A stretch of 52,680 nt of DNA, counting the filler, from Basidiobolus ranarum (Eukaryota), in the NCBI GenBank assembly GCA_040143965.1. It is 2 parts of 2 records of this genome, joined end to end, with 100 filler letters (N's around TTAATTAATTAA, not from the genome) between each part and the next. Parts side by side here need not be neighbours in the genome. Positions count along the whole stretch, not along the records: positions 1 to 26,339 come from JASJQH010000132.1; positions 26,440 to 52,680 come from JASJQH010000133.1. One strand, 5' to 3'. Below, in pieces: positions 12,286-26,924 of the stretch. The notes under the pieces were generated by a model, which searched no databases, had not been told where the DNA came from, and saw only the letters and a list, made by a program, of their open reading frames with translations. Each line of letters begins with the position of its first letter. Positions within the stretch are counted from its first letter, which is position 1. The position numbers and the translations under genes were made by a program.

Positions 12286-13743
12286 ATGTCTGAGAATCAA
12301 GAAAGGAATCGCTTAACACCAATACAGAGCGGAATTTGTGGAGCCAGTGCTGGGTTGATCTCTCGGTGAGTTCGGGTATTATTTAGTGAATTTTAACTTC
12401 TAGGCCATTTCAGCCCTTACTTGAAACCAATTGTTCAGTAATCTTTCACTCGTGCTGATTTTTGAAGCTGTTTTTAGACTTGTTATCGCTCCACTTGATG
12501 TAGTAAAGATTAGACTACAAGTACCTTCGTCTCATACACTCTCCATGCAAACCATTTTTATTGACCTAATTGTTTCTTCTTCGCAGTTGGATTCCTACAA
12601 ACGATTTCGAGTATTTTCCAAAGCCGAGACAAACCAAAGCCAATTCCAATTAAACACAAATCGCTCAAAGTACACTAGTATGTCACAAACATTTAAAACG
12701 ATCATGAAAGAAGAAGGGATTTTTGTAGGAATTTACCATCGATTAGAGCCAATCAAATTTCATAAATTAATGGATTTTCATTTAATTAAGGCATTTTGGA
12801 AAGGAAATCTAGCAGCTGAATATCTGTACCTCACATATGGTGGTCTACAATTTTTAACTTACAGAGCAGTGGAAGATATCATGTCGAATTTGGTACGCCT
12901 CTTATGAAGTTCTATTCAACAACAAAGACACACCTTGGCCCTAACCATTCTCTCGCACTTAGAATGAAACGTCTATCATCAATCTTCCTCGAGCTTCTCA
13001 TACCTTTGTTGGTGGTGCTACTGCAGGTGTTGTGGCTACTATAGGAACCTATCCATTAGACTTGATGAGAACTAGGTTTGCCGCACAGGGGGGAAACAAG
13101 GTACATACCTCAGCAAAAACTAGCCGAGCCTCATTTTATTCGAGACTTACCATATGCCATTACTAGATATATTCCAGCTTTACAAAGGCTTTCTCGGAGA
13201 TATACAAAAGTGAAGGGTTACCGGGATTTTACCGTGGAATATGGTCATCAATCATTCAGATCATGCCATACATGGGATTGATGTTTGGTAGTTACGACCT
13301 TTTGAAACGACAATTTCAAACTCTAAAGGAACGTTCAAGTTTAATTCGAAAGATAGAAGATGCCGAGGATCTTTTGTGTGGCGGTTTCGCTGGAGTTATC
13401 AGTAAAACTGGAGTATTTCCATTTGATTTGGTTCGAAAGAGATTACAGGTAACGGAAACCACGATAGGATTAGATTCTACATTCAATGATATTAACTGCT
13501 TTTGGTTTACAATCCTAGATCCAAGGGCCACATCGTACGAAATACGTCATCGATACAGTCCCTCAATACACAGGCGGAGTTTGGGCTTGTATACGCCAGA
13601 TTCTATACAACGAAGGGTTCCTAGGGTTGTATAAGGGGTTATTACCTGGATTACTTAAAGCTGCACCTGGCTCAGCTATTACATTCTTTATTTTTGGAGA
13701 GACAGCCAAGCTACTGAAGTATATTGAACAAAAAATAGAATAA
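12286..13743 (+). CDS. TPC1: Mitochondrial carrier, thiamine-pyrophosphate carrier-like, multi-exon
   Basis: Three PxDxxKxR-type signatures (PLDVVKIRLQ, PLDLMRTRF, PFDLVRKRLQ). FWKGNLAAEYLYLTYGGLQF, IMPYMGLMF and LKAAP are typical of Tpc1/SLC25A19. Confidence 0.85.
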
Positions 13744-14299
13744 AACTAGAAATTTAATCGAATTCATATATTAGAGCAGTTCATGGAGTGAAATGAATAC
13801 GACGAGTTATTCGAGCTATATTACTATCAAATGAATACCAAGCTTTCATCTCAGTATATTATTGAGCATCATCACTAAGGAATTTGCGAGACCGTACTGT
13901 AACAAGCCAAGTGGATGAAACCTTAGCATTAAACAAGTAAAATTTCTACTTTAACAGTAAAGATGAAGTGTTTTGAATGTAAGATACGGCACCTTGTATC
14001 TAGTATTTATTTAACTATTCATTAAACGACTGATTCATGTTCAATATACACCACCGATCGATAATATATATATGTATGAGGGCTTCAGAGTTGTTCATAT
14101 TGTGCACGAAAGATATCAATTCAACCGTTCATTCGAATTCAATTCGATCAAGGAGTAGCTGAATTTCAGTCATACGAACCATTCTGCAAGGAAAGGCGAA
14201 ATAAATTTACAGTTTTTTTTGCTTACGCTTATACAGGTGGGTGAGAGTAAGGGTCAGTGGACTGAAGGAAATAGTGTGAGATTTAAGGGGAAGGTTGAC

Positions 14300-17200
14300 T
14301 TAAAACTCTGAAATGTCCTCCTCTGATAACTGGCGAACCAGGGGATCAACAGATTCGGTATTATCCCACTCGGATGGCACAGAGTCGTTCCACAGAAGTC
14401 GGAATACATATTGTTCATGCTTGCGAAATGGCTCCATTGCAAGATGAACGCTATCTTTGTGAGTGCCAGGGTTTAAGCATCGCAAGTCATATCCATTAAT
14501 GATCTGCACTAATTCTCCTGACTCTGCATCACGAATCTCCATAAATGACGTATCAAATGCAATCACATAGTGGCCATAGAGTGCTATAGTAAAGCAGAGG
14601 AGAAGAAGGTTTTAATGTTAATCCAAGTCACTGTTAATCGGTGTTCCTTATTTATACTCACCAACATTAGTTGGTCGTCCCTCCCATTCGATGATTAAAT
14701 TGGGTCGAGTACGTTGTCCGAGATTGTCCAGGTGAAAGGCAAACTCTGTGTTCAAATAAAACAATCATATGGTTACTAACGGGGCAGAACAGATATTGCT
14801 AAGTAATTTGAAACTACCATTGTAACATAGAAGGAATTCTTGCTTGTTCAGAGGAAACATCGCCAATGGTTTACAATTTTCTCGCTTGTTAATGAATCCA
14901 AATTGTGTGGTGTCATTCAAATCGGGGATGCCTAAAATCCGACAATGGTCAATAACAGTCACTACGAATTTGTTGTTAATGGCTTACTTTTGTTCAGATG
15001 AAGAGCCTCCAAATTGATAATTTCAAATCCTTTAAGACACACAACGTAAAGCTTTTTGGTTAAGAATTGCACAGAATAGGATTCAGCTCCGACATAGAAT
15101 TCTTTGAACAGTTTCAAGGCATATCCATTCCGTTGGCATAACAGCTTTCCTTTAGCCTTCGAATTGTGATGGATAGTGACCGGCTCGAGAACTTTGAAAT
15201 AAGATTTTAAACCTTTCAATTTCATGACGACAACCAACAATTTGCCCTGGCAAAACCCAACATTAAAATGCCCAACTTGTGATGCAAGCTTTTGACCGTG
15301 ACAATTGACCAAAGACTCGGGGAAGTCGAGTATATCGGTTGAGTAAGTCAGCAAGAGTTTATCTAAAGGCGATGTGAGTCATGGGCCATTGTATAGAAAA
15401 TAATAACTACATATGCAAACCTTGCAGCACAAGAACCATGTTAATCTTCTCAAGGACTTCTACTTGGCGAACTCGCTCTAGTGTAAGAACCTTACTGAAA
15501 CTGGCGGGGTCTCCTTCAAATCCAGCGTAAAGTCCATCGGTTGTTCCTATGGCAATTTTCCTTTTACCATCACGAGTAACTACCAATCGATGATTAATCA
15601 TTTTTGAATAAGCCAATACACAAGAGGCATTAATATGCTACTTACAATATAGGGTTGAGCATCGAGCCCTTGCGTTGAGGTCAAAATGGCTATCTGAGAT
15701 GCTGACTAGCTCGAAGACTCGAAGTCTATTGAACATATGTTTAGCCTGTTGCTCCTGAATCTTATCAATCCACTGTTTGCGTTCAGCAAGTGAGCCGGCA
15801 ACTACTGTATGAGTTCCACCCCATTTACTTATGTTGGTGATACTAAAAGGGTAGGCAGTTTTGGTAGAGTCCTCACTCGCTATAGTGTCGCTGGGATTAG
15901 CTTGAAGGGATAAAAACTCCAGAGGGATTGGCTAAAATGGATTAAGAATATTGAGTAATCATTGCCATTACACATATGAAGGTACACTACTCATACTCAC
16001 TCTAGTATAAACACGGTATGTGATGCTGCCTGTGGTAAAAGATTTTTTTTCTTTGGCAAATAAGAGAACATGATCCAACAGAATGACTCTTAGGCTCTGC
16101 CCTAGGGAGCGCTTTAGCATTCCTTCACGTACTAATTGCCGATCGGGCTCATTCAATTTTAAATCCTATGATAGATGTTAGCTAAAAATGAGTAGAATCA
16201 TATCAATCCAATGGTTGCGACGCACCATATAATCTTCAGACTTGAATTCTATCTTATCGCTTATTTCTTGCAACCTGAGCTGGTTCTCCGCACGGCCTGC
16301 CTCTTTGTTCAATCTAATTAAGAACTCACGGATTGAATCAATGGCACAGACCAACATCTGACGGTCAACATCCTCCTCGGGAGTGTATTTAAGTACTCTA
16401 TCCAAAAGTAAAGGGTATCGGGCAATTCTAGAATTCGGTCTAGACAAGAAACTTTCTAATGGTAATTTACGAGCCTCAGGTTTCTTTTGACATTCCTTAA
16501 CAATTGATGAAATCTATTAGAATCTGGAAGGTTGACTTTCATTTCAAGTGACTTTCTCAAACCTCTAAGAAACTCTCTAAAGCAGAAGAATGAGAGCGTT
16601 CATATTTCAAGATGCATGCTGAGTTGACAGAGCCTATACCGAATTGAATGTAAGGTTCAAACCTCTCAGAGAACTGAACCATGACATCTCCAATCATCTC
16701 AACGATTGGCTTTACGCCCCGACGCTCTCTGAAAGCACTCAAGATCTCAGTATGGAGCTGTTGCAAATCTTGATAGTTGCTGAATACATCCTGGACGAAA
16801 CGATCAACCTTCTCGGAATGGAAGATTCGTGAAGCGCGTAATGGTTCTATAAAAAGCTAGATACGAACATGGCATTTGGTATGATGAAAATAAGTTATTC
16901 TATTCTGGAATGAAGAGAGATAATTCAATGCTTTACCGAATCATACAATTTCAGATCGCGAAGGTACTCCTCTTCAGTATAAATGATTTCAAAAATGGCG
17001 ATTTGACGGTTTCTTTCTTTGTCCGTCAATGACTCAACCACCCTATGCGGTACAGACGCCAACCATAAGTTTTCATACTAATTATTGGAAACGGTGAATG
17101 TCTGTAATATCTAACGTCTTATTTATCATCGTCACTTTACCTCGTTGGTAGATTGTCGGATCAGCTCCGTCGGCTTTCTTGAAACGTGCGCGGATGAATA

Positions 17201-18483
17201 GAGGGGTGTATCGCCTGACTGAACCTTAAAGCATCATTGTGAATCATCGTAACCAGTCTTGGCCCTTAAAAGACGGGAACTTACTTCATTTGTGATCGTT
17301 TGAGGGGCAAAGTCCTGTTCTAGCGAATCGAGAGAATACCTTTTGAGGGATCCTCGGAAATCAGTACAATCTTCCTCGCTCTTTGCTACATGATTAGAGC
17401 CACCGGTGGTTTTGCGAGTCTCAAGTCCTGGCTTCTCTCTAGTCTCTGTACTTACAAGCCTGTAAAACTCTTGATCGTTATCCATCAAACTTCGATTATC
17501 TGAGCCAACATGGTGGAAAACCCCGTGCTCTTGAAGCAGTCGGCCAATAAGTAGTGAATCACCTCTTGGAACTTCACCAATCACATCACAAATTGAATCC
17601 TAAAGTTTACCAAGTAACCCCGAGCTTCATTAGCCTATGCTGACCACCAAATAAAATTACCGAGGTATTGACACTTTCACTTACCACCAATTCATGGCCA
17701 CTAAAACAATCAAAATACTCATTTTTCTGGGAAGGTTTGAATCTATTTCCGAGACTTCTCAGCAGACCATCTCGTACCATCGGCAAGAGTGCCGGATCAT
17801 ATGGATCGATTTTGATACATGAGTTCTTATAATCTAGATGCGAATTAGTGTCTAACTTCGTATTCGGATTTCTCTGCTAACTAACCTTGTGGGTCCGGAA
17901 AAGCCATAAACTCAGGCGTGTGGTATGGATTTATTACAGAGTCTAGTTTTGATACAGGGCCATCAGATAAATAATCGGAAGGGTGAGGCATTCGTAAGGA
18001 GTGATTGGAATACGGCTCGGGAGTGCTTGGTTGAATATAAGATTCTTGCTTATCCTCTAGCAGCATGCTGGTTGATTTTTCGTGAACTAAATCGGAGTCG
18101 GAATAGCTACTAATGGTACGAGGGACTTGGGAATAATATGGAGTACAATAGGAACTCAAGCGATTATAATTTTGTTGTACGCGTTCGTTGGGAAAAGTGG
18201 ACTGATAAGGTAAAGTATGAATAGGATTTACTTTGGTGGAATATTGAGCTGGAATAGTAGTTCGATAGTATTCGTGTTGTGGTGTGGTCATATGGTTATT
18301 GCTTTGGTAAGGTGAATTATAATGTGGTACAGAAATGGCGGAATCCGAGTAAAATCTAGTATTTCTTGGAAGATTCTCTTTATCCGCTTCCTTCTCCTTA
18401 AGCGACCAGCATTGAGTAGAGCCTGATAGCTCCTCAAGTAGTTCGCTGGATTTGGGTGGTATAGGTGGTGAAGTGTAAGGCAT
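14300..18483 (-). CDS. Rho1 guanine nucleotide exchange factor (DEP-DH-PH-CNH), Rom1/Rom2/Rgf1-like, multi-exon
   Basis: DEP (DCFSGHELV...LLIGRLLQEHGVFHHV), DH (RQIAIFEIIYTEEEYLRDLK; SRIARYPLLLDRVLKYTP), PH (RQLVREGMLKR) and CNH (IAIGTTDGLY; IAFDTSFMEIRD) segments. Confidence 0.88.
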
Positions 18484-20161
18484 GAGAACAACTTGGATAA
18501 TGGGTCCTAAGTAACCAAGGAAAGGGAGAAAAACTTTGGTGTTATGTTGTTACTCAGTTTAGGGTGTTTGTAAAGGAGAGAAGTTACAAAGCGGTGAGTA
18601 GCCCGTCAACTACTAACTTGTAATGAAGGGCAGAAAAACAAATAGACTAAATTAAGCCTTGGTATGTGTTTTTAAAAGACAGATAGATAAAAATAACGAA
18701 AGCCAATAAAATTGGCCAGACACGAAACTGCTATATACAGGAAAATCCTTGATGGAGTGGACGGATTCGTTGGGTCTTAAATATTCAATTTGGAACTTGA
18801 CTGTGTTACAAACTTCCTATCTATTTACTGTGACTTACAATGGTAAACTAATGGGAATCTCAAGTAAATTTGGATGAATTTAATATGCGAGAATTCAACT
18901 AGTGGTCAGATCCGTGGACTGATTAAGTCACTGAAGGAAGCTAATTCGATGAGCAATGGAATATTGCCAATTGTGCTTATCGCGCGAAATGATAGAATAA
19001 TAATTAACACTCGCGATTGGCAAGCGATGCTGTATGAAATAGCATCCATGGTTACCAGATGCATGGGTTATGGGCTAAGGATGCTTGAGTAAAATAGCAC
19101 TTCGCGCTCATTGCCAAGAGCAGAAAACCATCGAGATCTCTTGTAAACCACAAACTCGATTGCCTTGGCACTGGCATGATCCGATCTTGAAAGCATCGCT
19201 AATATTTACAAGTGGGTAGAGCCCAAGTGGAACTGCGAGTTGTTGGGACAGTGCTACGACTGAAGCCTCCGATCCATATCGAGCGTAAATAGAACCGACA
19301 GTCGTGATCTTCAGACCATCACTGCCACATATATACATACGGACCAGATTAGGAAACAGGCTATCAGGGGAGGAAGGCCACACCTCCAGTCGAGAATTAA
19401 TTTAGCCAGTTGATTGACGATCGACCCGTTTTCATCTGTGCTCTAGATGCCAAGAATATACGTATCTCTTCAAGATGTCAATTCTGATTTTGCCATTTGC
19501 GGGTACGAAATCTTACACAGCTATCTGTCACACCTAGTGCTATTTTCTAGTGTTGCAATTCAAGCTAAATTGATCCAGCAATGTAAACCGAACTAGCTGA
19601 GTATTGTAAAAAAACCTTAAAACTGCAGATCTCTTCATTCGTACACATTACTGGTTCGTCGAGACCTGTTTCCCCGTCACCAGCATGCGGGTTCTTCTCG
19701 TGATTTATCCACAACGTGATCGCTTACTTGGGTCTTGGCGTTTTTTAAACAAACCCCGATTTTTCTGTATCACACCCTAGCCAGATTGCCAGCTGAGTGA
19801 TTCTATTTGAAGTAACTGCCACACCTTTATTTTATCTTGGCATTGGCGTGGTATCTTGAAGGTGTACCTGTAGCGGTAAGCGTGTGGCTATCTTGTTAGC
19901 AACCGTTTATTATCGTTCATTTATATAAATGTAGATGGTTTAAAGTACAGGTGGGGGGTGAGAAAGATACGCAAGATGTAACAACAGTTTAAGGGAAGCG
20001 CTCAAGTGCAGAATAGAGAATAAATCATATTGGAATGATGGGCAGGAAATCAGAGAGATGTCCAAGAGATGAGCACAAGAATGTTTCAAAAAGGGAGATT
20101 TCGCTTCTTATCAATTGGAATGCCGTGAAACTGTGTAAATCCCATTTTTAATTAAACCTGT

Positions 20162-23004
20162 TCAAGCGCTACTTTCAGAGGATGTGTCGGAATGTATTTC
20201 ATGTCCCTGTTGCCACTTATAGATCTGATGATCTTCGGCAAATTCAACTACATCGCGTACTTCACCAACAGTCATATCACCTTCGCTACCACTTTGTGAG
20301 ACTTCAGTGTTCAAAGGGTCATAGTGGTTTGGATCCACCCCTCTAGAGCGAAGCTTCTCGAGCTTGATTTCGTTTCTACTTTGTTCGATGATTCTTTCAA
20401 TTCGCATCCGATTCTCAATCATGTGAAGTTTTGGCCAAGCGTTGCGTTGACCTTGGTTAATGTAATTGACCATTCGATGATAGTCTGGATCACGAAGGAT
20501 ATAGAGGTAGTCATTGAAAGTGGATTTTGGCTAGAGAATCATGTTATTCTATGTTTCAAATGTAAACCACATGATTCCAAATACTTACCAAAATCGTTAC
20601 ATTTCCTTCAAACTTCTGTAGCCAGATGAAGGACCAGTCTTGGTTCATAAAATTGGGCATGAGTTCAAGATCACGTAAAACTCGTAGCCACTTTTTGAGA
20701 TCGAGTTTGATGAACTGCTCCAACGTAGATGCAACAAATCCACCTCGCCTACAGTATCAATAACATATTAGTAACCGCATAAAAAAGTTAGTTGCAGTAC
20801 CATTTACAAACGAACCATCCCTTCCCCGAGCGATGAGAGGTAGGCCTGCCCACGCTACCTTTATTGTTGTAGAAGAAAAGGGTTACGTGCGGATTGACTT
20901 GGCTTACAATAGCATAACGAACATTGAACTAAAAGACAATGAGCTTGTGAGTACTTCCTCTATTTTGAGTGTTCGCAACTAAAATCTTACTAAGTGGTGC
21001 AACGAGTCAAGTGGAATATCCTGGATCAATAAAAGAAACAGGTTAGATACAATGGATATATGCTTCAATGCTGATTAATTAACCCCAGATCTCACCGTGC
21101 GAAGACTCCCATCACGCCATCTATGTCCACTGCTCATAAAGGGTTCTATACCTCCCTCTTTAGTTTTTCTTAACAAAACAACAGGTTTTAGAATACCGGG
21201 AATCGCTGAGCTAGCAATCACTAAACAACATAAAGTGTGTTGGGTACGGATTTTACTTGTTTTATAAAAAAAGTACAAGTTTCATTTACCAGCAGTCCAT
21301 ATAACACAGTCAGGGGCAGTGATGTAGTTGAGAAGTTTGGGAGGCGCCTGAGTACCCATAGGAACCACGCTAATGTTCAGAATGCGACCAGTTCTCTTGT
21401 AAGCTTCCAAGAAAGTCATACAGCCTTTGGTGATCCATTGAACCTTGTGACCCCAATCTCCAGCATCAAAACTAAAATTACAAAAATTCAAATCATTGTC
21501 CTCAACACGAAGTATTGCTTTTGTTAAATAAATACCAGGATCCAGTGAAAAGAAAGTTAACCCCCATTCTCTGTTTTAAGACGAAGGTATAAGTATAGAC
21601 ATTCTTTAAGGCAAGAACTCACAGAAAATGCGGATAGAAATACCATATAACCACCTGCACAAGCGGTGAGAAGTTCGTGAATCTCAGGTCTTATAATATC
21701 GATAAGTTCTTCGTTTGTTCTACAACCAACCATTGCCGCTATTATGAATGTTAATTAACACGAAGCTCAAGAGTACAAACAAAAACTCCTATACCAATTA
21801 AGGAACCAGCGCTAGTTCCAGTGATGACACGTGGAAGAAGATCTTTTTCTGCCAAGGTTTTAATGACACCTGCCACATGGATTAGTTTTGGTACTTTAAC
21901 TTGCAAATAATATATGAACCACACCTAGGTGATAGTAACCAAAAGATGCCCCGCCACTGAGACATAAAGCTGTTCTGCCGTAGCTCTTGCTTGCAGTTCT
22001 GAAGAATTGTCGTTTCTCATCCAGGGGGATTTCTTCGCAATCAGCAATGAAGACAAGAGACTCAGCCACTATAATTCATCACATTAATTTCCTTGCTGGT
22101 TAAACTATCTGATTGATTGATGTGTGATATCGCATCTACCTTGATCGAGAAAATCTTCCACCGCCTGAATTATCGCGAATGATCGTAAGTGAGAGATAAG
22201 TACAGAGCCTGACTCATTCTAGTAGGATGAATCCGTTAAAACTAACCGTTTTAGTTCCATAATATGTGTTGGAATAGAGACGAACATTCTCACATCCACC
22301 GATATTGCTCTTCACGGCTCCCTGCAATAAGAGCTCTCGAAGTTTTTGCTCATCCCCTTTTTCTCTTAATTTCTTTAATCTCGATGAGAGTTTCGTAATA
22401 AGTTCGTAGTCATAATAATGATATGGCGTTTGGTTTTTCCAATCGTCCTTTTTCAAGTGAGTATCTAAAGCTTGAGCTGCGTCTTTCCACTCCTCGTAGT
22501 TACGTGCGTTACGAAGACGTTGACGAAGCTCTCTCTTTTCCCCACGCCTGACCCAAACGATGAATAAATTCCACGATACGAAAAGAGGAGGGAATAGAGG
22601 AGAAACGTACCAAGAATAGAAGTACTCCCAAGTATTTACTATCTGCCGAAGTAGGATGTAGAGGAATAACTCGAAAAATATAACACTAAATATAAGTATC
22701 TATTAATAGAAGGGGAGTTAGAATAGTTGCTTATAAGGGAATATACAAAACTAAAAGAATACACTGCCAGTAAAGGAAAGCGTAGTATGGCGTAGCTAAA
22801 ACCCTCGTTCTTGTGAGGAACAGAGGCTGATTTATTCGAATTGGCTACACTAGGAGCGGCATAAAGGTCTTTGTCTGAAATGTAACCTTCTGCTTCATCG
22901 TGTAACGCTTGTGTAAATCTATCGATTTGTTCTTCGTTGGGAAACTCAATTTCGGTGCACTCTTTGTCATGCGCCCAACTTGAGCCACCTTGGGTAAAGT
23001 CCAT
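20162..23004 (-). CDS. Patatin-like phospholipase / triacylglycerol lipase (Tgl3/4/5 family), many short exons
   Basis: ALCLSGGASFGYYHLG, ITGTSAGS (GxSxG nucleophile), TFLEAYKRTGRILNI and WRDGS (catalytic Asp). The first in-frame ATG is at 23004. Confidence 0.88.
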
Positions 23005-23963
23005 GAAGAAGAACAAAGGATCGACTTCTACTTTGTCAGGAATGGTGATGACTTTGTTTAGAAAACAAGTGGTTTTTAGTATGTTAGTGAAAACAGGTTA
23101 ACAAATAAATCAGGGTGGTAATATCTTGGTTAAGGTAGGTGTTACAGTTAAGGTAGTTGGGACTTAGTGTTACGAGTGGGATTTAGAGTCAGAGAGTTTA
23201 CGAGAAGTCAGGACAATAAATCGAATTTTCCTTTCTACTCCCCAGCTCACTGAGGATAGTATTGTGAAGTGAATCCTTGCTGAATTACCAAGAGGATTGG
23301 AAAGCGAAGGTCTTAATATTTAACATGTGGAGCACGCAAAAAGAACGCTCATCAAATTAGGCGATCAATACTAATTCAATTGGAACCTAGAAGTCATTAC
23401 ATGTGTAATCATTGAAATGAAACCAAACCATGAAACTCACCCTAGCATTCAATTGATATGGCCCATTTAGACATACAATGACATGAATAGACACTTCACC
23501 CCTTACTGAAACTAGCATATCTCCCCGATTTGTTACATTAGTAACCTTTTAGATATTGGGACGGGCATCAGCATCGGCTCTGCGAAAAGTCTCTGCAATC
23601 ATATTTTAGCTGAGCACCTTGCTTCCAAAACAGGTAACACCACCTGAGCGGATCACCATCGAAAGTATCAAATCTGTAATGAGGGGAGTCCTTTTCCTGA
23701 AGATGACGAGTCAAGTACCGCGGGAGTGGAGATGTGAATTGCACCGATTCAACTCACATAATCACCCTTTACAGTCCAGTAGGTTGTACAATGAGCAATC
23801 GCCAACCTGACTATGCTTAATTAACCAGAACATTGGCTTATATTGAAGGGCAAAAGAACTTCAAACAATTATGGCAATGCCTTTCCTCACTGCCTGCGCC
23901 AATTAAAACTGCGAGATTTCCTATAACACTAAAATTTCAAGCAATTGTAAAAGTCAAATCTAA

Positions 23964-23973
23964 ATCACGTGAC
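23964..23973. promoter_or_regulatory. CDEI / Cbf1 binding site ATCACGTGAC
   Basis: Matches RTCACRTG on both strands, about 145 nt upstream of the predicted CBF1 ATG. Confidence 0.65.
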
Positions 23974-24115
23974 TTGGAATGACCTTTCTCTTCTAAGCAA
24001 TGAAGTATATTGCAAAGTCTTGTGACTTAGTCAACACCTTGTTATTTACTCCAATATAGGTTGGAATCCTTACGTACCTTCAGGAGTTCTAGAAGTTTCT
24101 TTACATAAATCTCCA

Positions 24116-24939
24116 ATGCCTAACGACGGCACTACCCTTAATTTGGTACTTATTCCTTTTTCTTTTGATAATTTCATTTTGACAAGCTAGTTTTGATCTG
24201 GTTGTTCTTGACTGAAATATATAATACATACACGTTTGAAATGTAACATCGCATACCTTTACTTTGATTTGCGTCTTTTAAGCAGGCTAACTCTCTCGAA
24301 GATGACGTACACGACCGTAATTCCTATCACAATGAAAGTTCATCCGATCCATTTGCTTCCCCTGAATCTGCCAACATAGCCCGCTTGACTTCCCAAATAT
24401 ATTCCCAATCGCTACTCTCTTCGACCTCAGCTATTCATTCGTATAACCTTGAATCAGATCTATCTTCAAATAGGTAGGCTTACTTTTATTCATATGCAGA
24501 TGCAAATGTAGATTTGTAGTTAATCGCACAGAAACCAACGCACTTTCATAGCCCACCGGAATCCAAGACACCAGGGAATTCTTATCCAAAGCCACCAGTT
24601 GGAAGTGACGAGTGGCATCGAGTTCGCCGTGAAAATCATAAAGAAGTTGAACGACGTCGTCGAGAAACCATTAACTCGGGGATCAATGAACTCGCAAAAA
24701 TAGTACCTGGCTGTGAAAAGAATAAGGGCAGCATTCTCAGTAGAACTGTTCAATACATTCATCAACTCAAGGAAAGTGAGGCGACCAACATTGAAAAATG
24801 GACACTTGAAAAGTTACTTACTGATCAAGCTATTAACGAGTTGAGTGCACAAGTGGAAATGCTCAAAGCAGATAACCAACAATTACATTCTCATATGGAG
24901 GAGTTAAATTCTAACCAGAAACGTCCTCGGATAGAGTAA
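24116..24939 (+). CDS. CBF1: bHLH-ZIP transcription factor Cbf1; predicted exons 24116-24145, 24286-24473 and 24552-24939 (missed by the ORF track)
   Basis: KPPVGSDEWHRVRRENHKEVERRRRETINSGINELAKIVPGCEKNKGSILSRTVQYIHQLKE..NIEKWTLEKLLTDQAINEL is the Cbf1 signature. The 5' exons are less certain. Confidence 0.9.
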
Positions 24940-26339
24940 CTTCCAAAAGTGGTGCTAGAATTCTGGATTTATTTCACTCTTTTCTTTATTTAGCTTCATC
25001 GCTATGTTTAATATTTGTTGACTCACCTTTCCTTTTGTCAGTCTTACTTTTATCAAATTAACAACTCCCTTTATTTCAAAAGAATGATTAGAATTCACTC
25101 TTGTACAAAACATCAATATATAACCTGATAATGAACGTTTCTCTATGTAATGCTCTCATATTGGATAATAATACACTCCTTCAATAACGGATATCATTTT
25201 GAGACAGAGTTCTAGTAAAGTCATTTACTTTCGAATACTTTATTTCAGTTCAACAGATTTGTGGCAAGATTCGGAATCTTTTCCTTTGATGTACACCAAC
25301 TAATCTGCCTCTAGAGACCCTTATCGTTACATATATAGAGTAAAAATAAAGAACTGGTTATTGTAGAACCAGAAAATACTCAACGATCAGCTGCTAACAT
25401 AGATGAACTAAAGGTTATATATAGTGACCCATAAGACTCATTCCGATTTTTTGCTTGATCTCCATACTGGCTTTAGGTGGTTACAGATAGAGTTGACTTA
25501 ATGGACGGTCAACTGGTCGTTAAAGCGTATAAAACCTTACAGGAATATTTCGGTCTCTCTCTTCGCAACCCTTACATATCTAAACTAACTATTCTAATAT
25601 GGTTTATTTTTTTATCAACTTGGATATGGTATACCATGTCTGGTTGACATTAGTTCTGATGAAATGCTAACCTACTTCATTCTGACAGTATCAGCTGAAG
25701 ATATTTAAATCAGACAAAGAACCAAAGGCTTGGCATGAATATTTAGCAGAGTCGAGGGTATATTAGAGGATGAATGTTTGCCAAGAAAATATAGTTAGAG
25801 AGGAAACAAAGGAAACCCATTGAGAATATGATCTCAATTATAGGTGAATGAGCTTTAAAATGATATCAAATTTACGCATATTGAACAAGAAGGTAAACAG
25901 GAAGGCTGACTTCTAAATTGTCAGATTCTTTTGGTATGTGCTTTGGTGACTCAGAATCACTTCATGTGGATAATGGCTTGGGTGGCTATCAATACTAGAA
26001 AATCATCCTAGTCTATTTACCTATCCTATCATAAATATAATGATGCTAAACGGAATCACTGTTGTAGATATTTCATTCCATATGCTCGACTGGGCCTTCA
26101 ACAGCAATCATCCGGTATGAGAAAAGGTGTGGTCTCTTAATTAGGGGGATCTCGGGGAAAATGATACTCAATATGAGGTAGAGAAACTGATGGTGACATT
26201 GCATGCGTTAAAGGGGAAGGGATAAGCGGAGACAGAAGCCCCAGTCATTAATGGTCATCAAGACGACTTGTAATACCATACTTCTGTTGCCCGCCTATAC
26301 TAGTAAATCGAATGCATCTATTAAGCCATTGTAGTTATG

Positions 26340-26439
26340 NNNNNNNNNNNNNNNNNNNNNNNNNNNNNNNNNNNNNNNNNNNNTTAATTAATTAANNNNN
26401 NNNNNNNNNNNNNNNNNNNNNNNNNNNNNNNNNNNNNNN
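26340..26439. other. Assembly spacer N44-TTAATTAATTAA-N44 (artificial six-frame stop linker)
   Basis: Exactly 100 nt and symmetric, with the 12-mer that gives stops in all six frames. Confidence 0.95.
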
Positions 26440-26740
26440 ATATAGTCATATATAGCTTAGTACTTAGTTATCTTATAATTCACTAAGATATTATCAATTA
26501 TTCTCAATTGGAATTTACTTAGAAGTTCTCAGATATATAGATTTTTCAAACTTGTGCTAGAAGCCCCAAACTTTGCACACATGTTCCTGGGACCTCCCTT
26601 AACATATTTTACACCATAGTTTGTTTACATCTTGACAAAACTATAAATGTCAACTTTCTACTCAATAAATCAATAAGTGAAAACCACCAATTCCTCTAAT
26701 TCTCCAAACCACTTCCAACAGTCTCCCAAATACTTTAACA
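26440..26740 (+). mobile_element. LTR (solo or 3' LTR), 5' end lost in the gap
   Basis: Highly similar to 51602-51920 and ends in TACTTTAACA. It is not followed by the PBS. Confidence 0.9.
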
Positions 26741-26924
26741 AATAGCTCACTAGGAGGACTAGAGAACAAAACAGACATATAGCTAAACATATGCATTACA
26801 TAATGTCAAATCACACATAACACATTGTTGGTCACATAACTAGCAGTTGATAGAGAGACTACAATATTTGTATTTAAAAAAAAGCTTTTATATGAGTTCT
26901 ACAGATATCAAGTATGTCAATATC

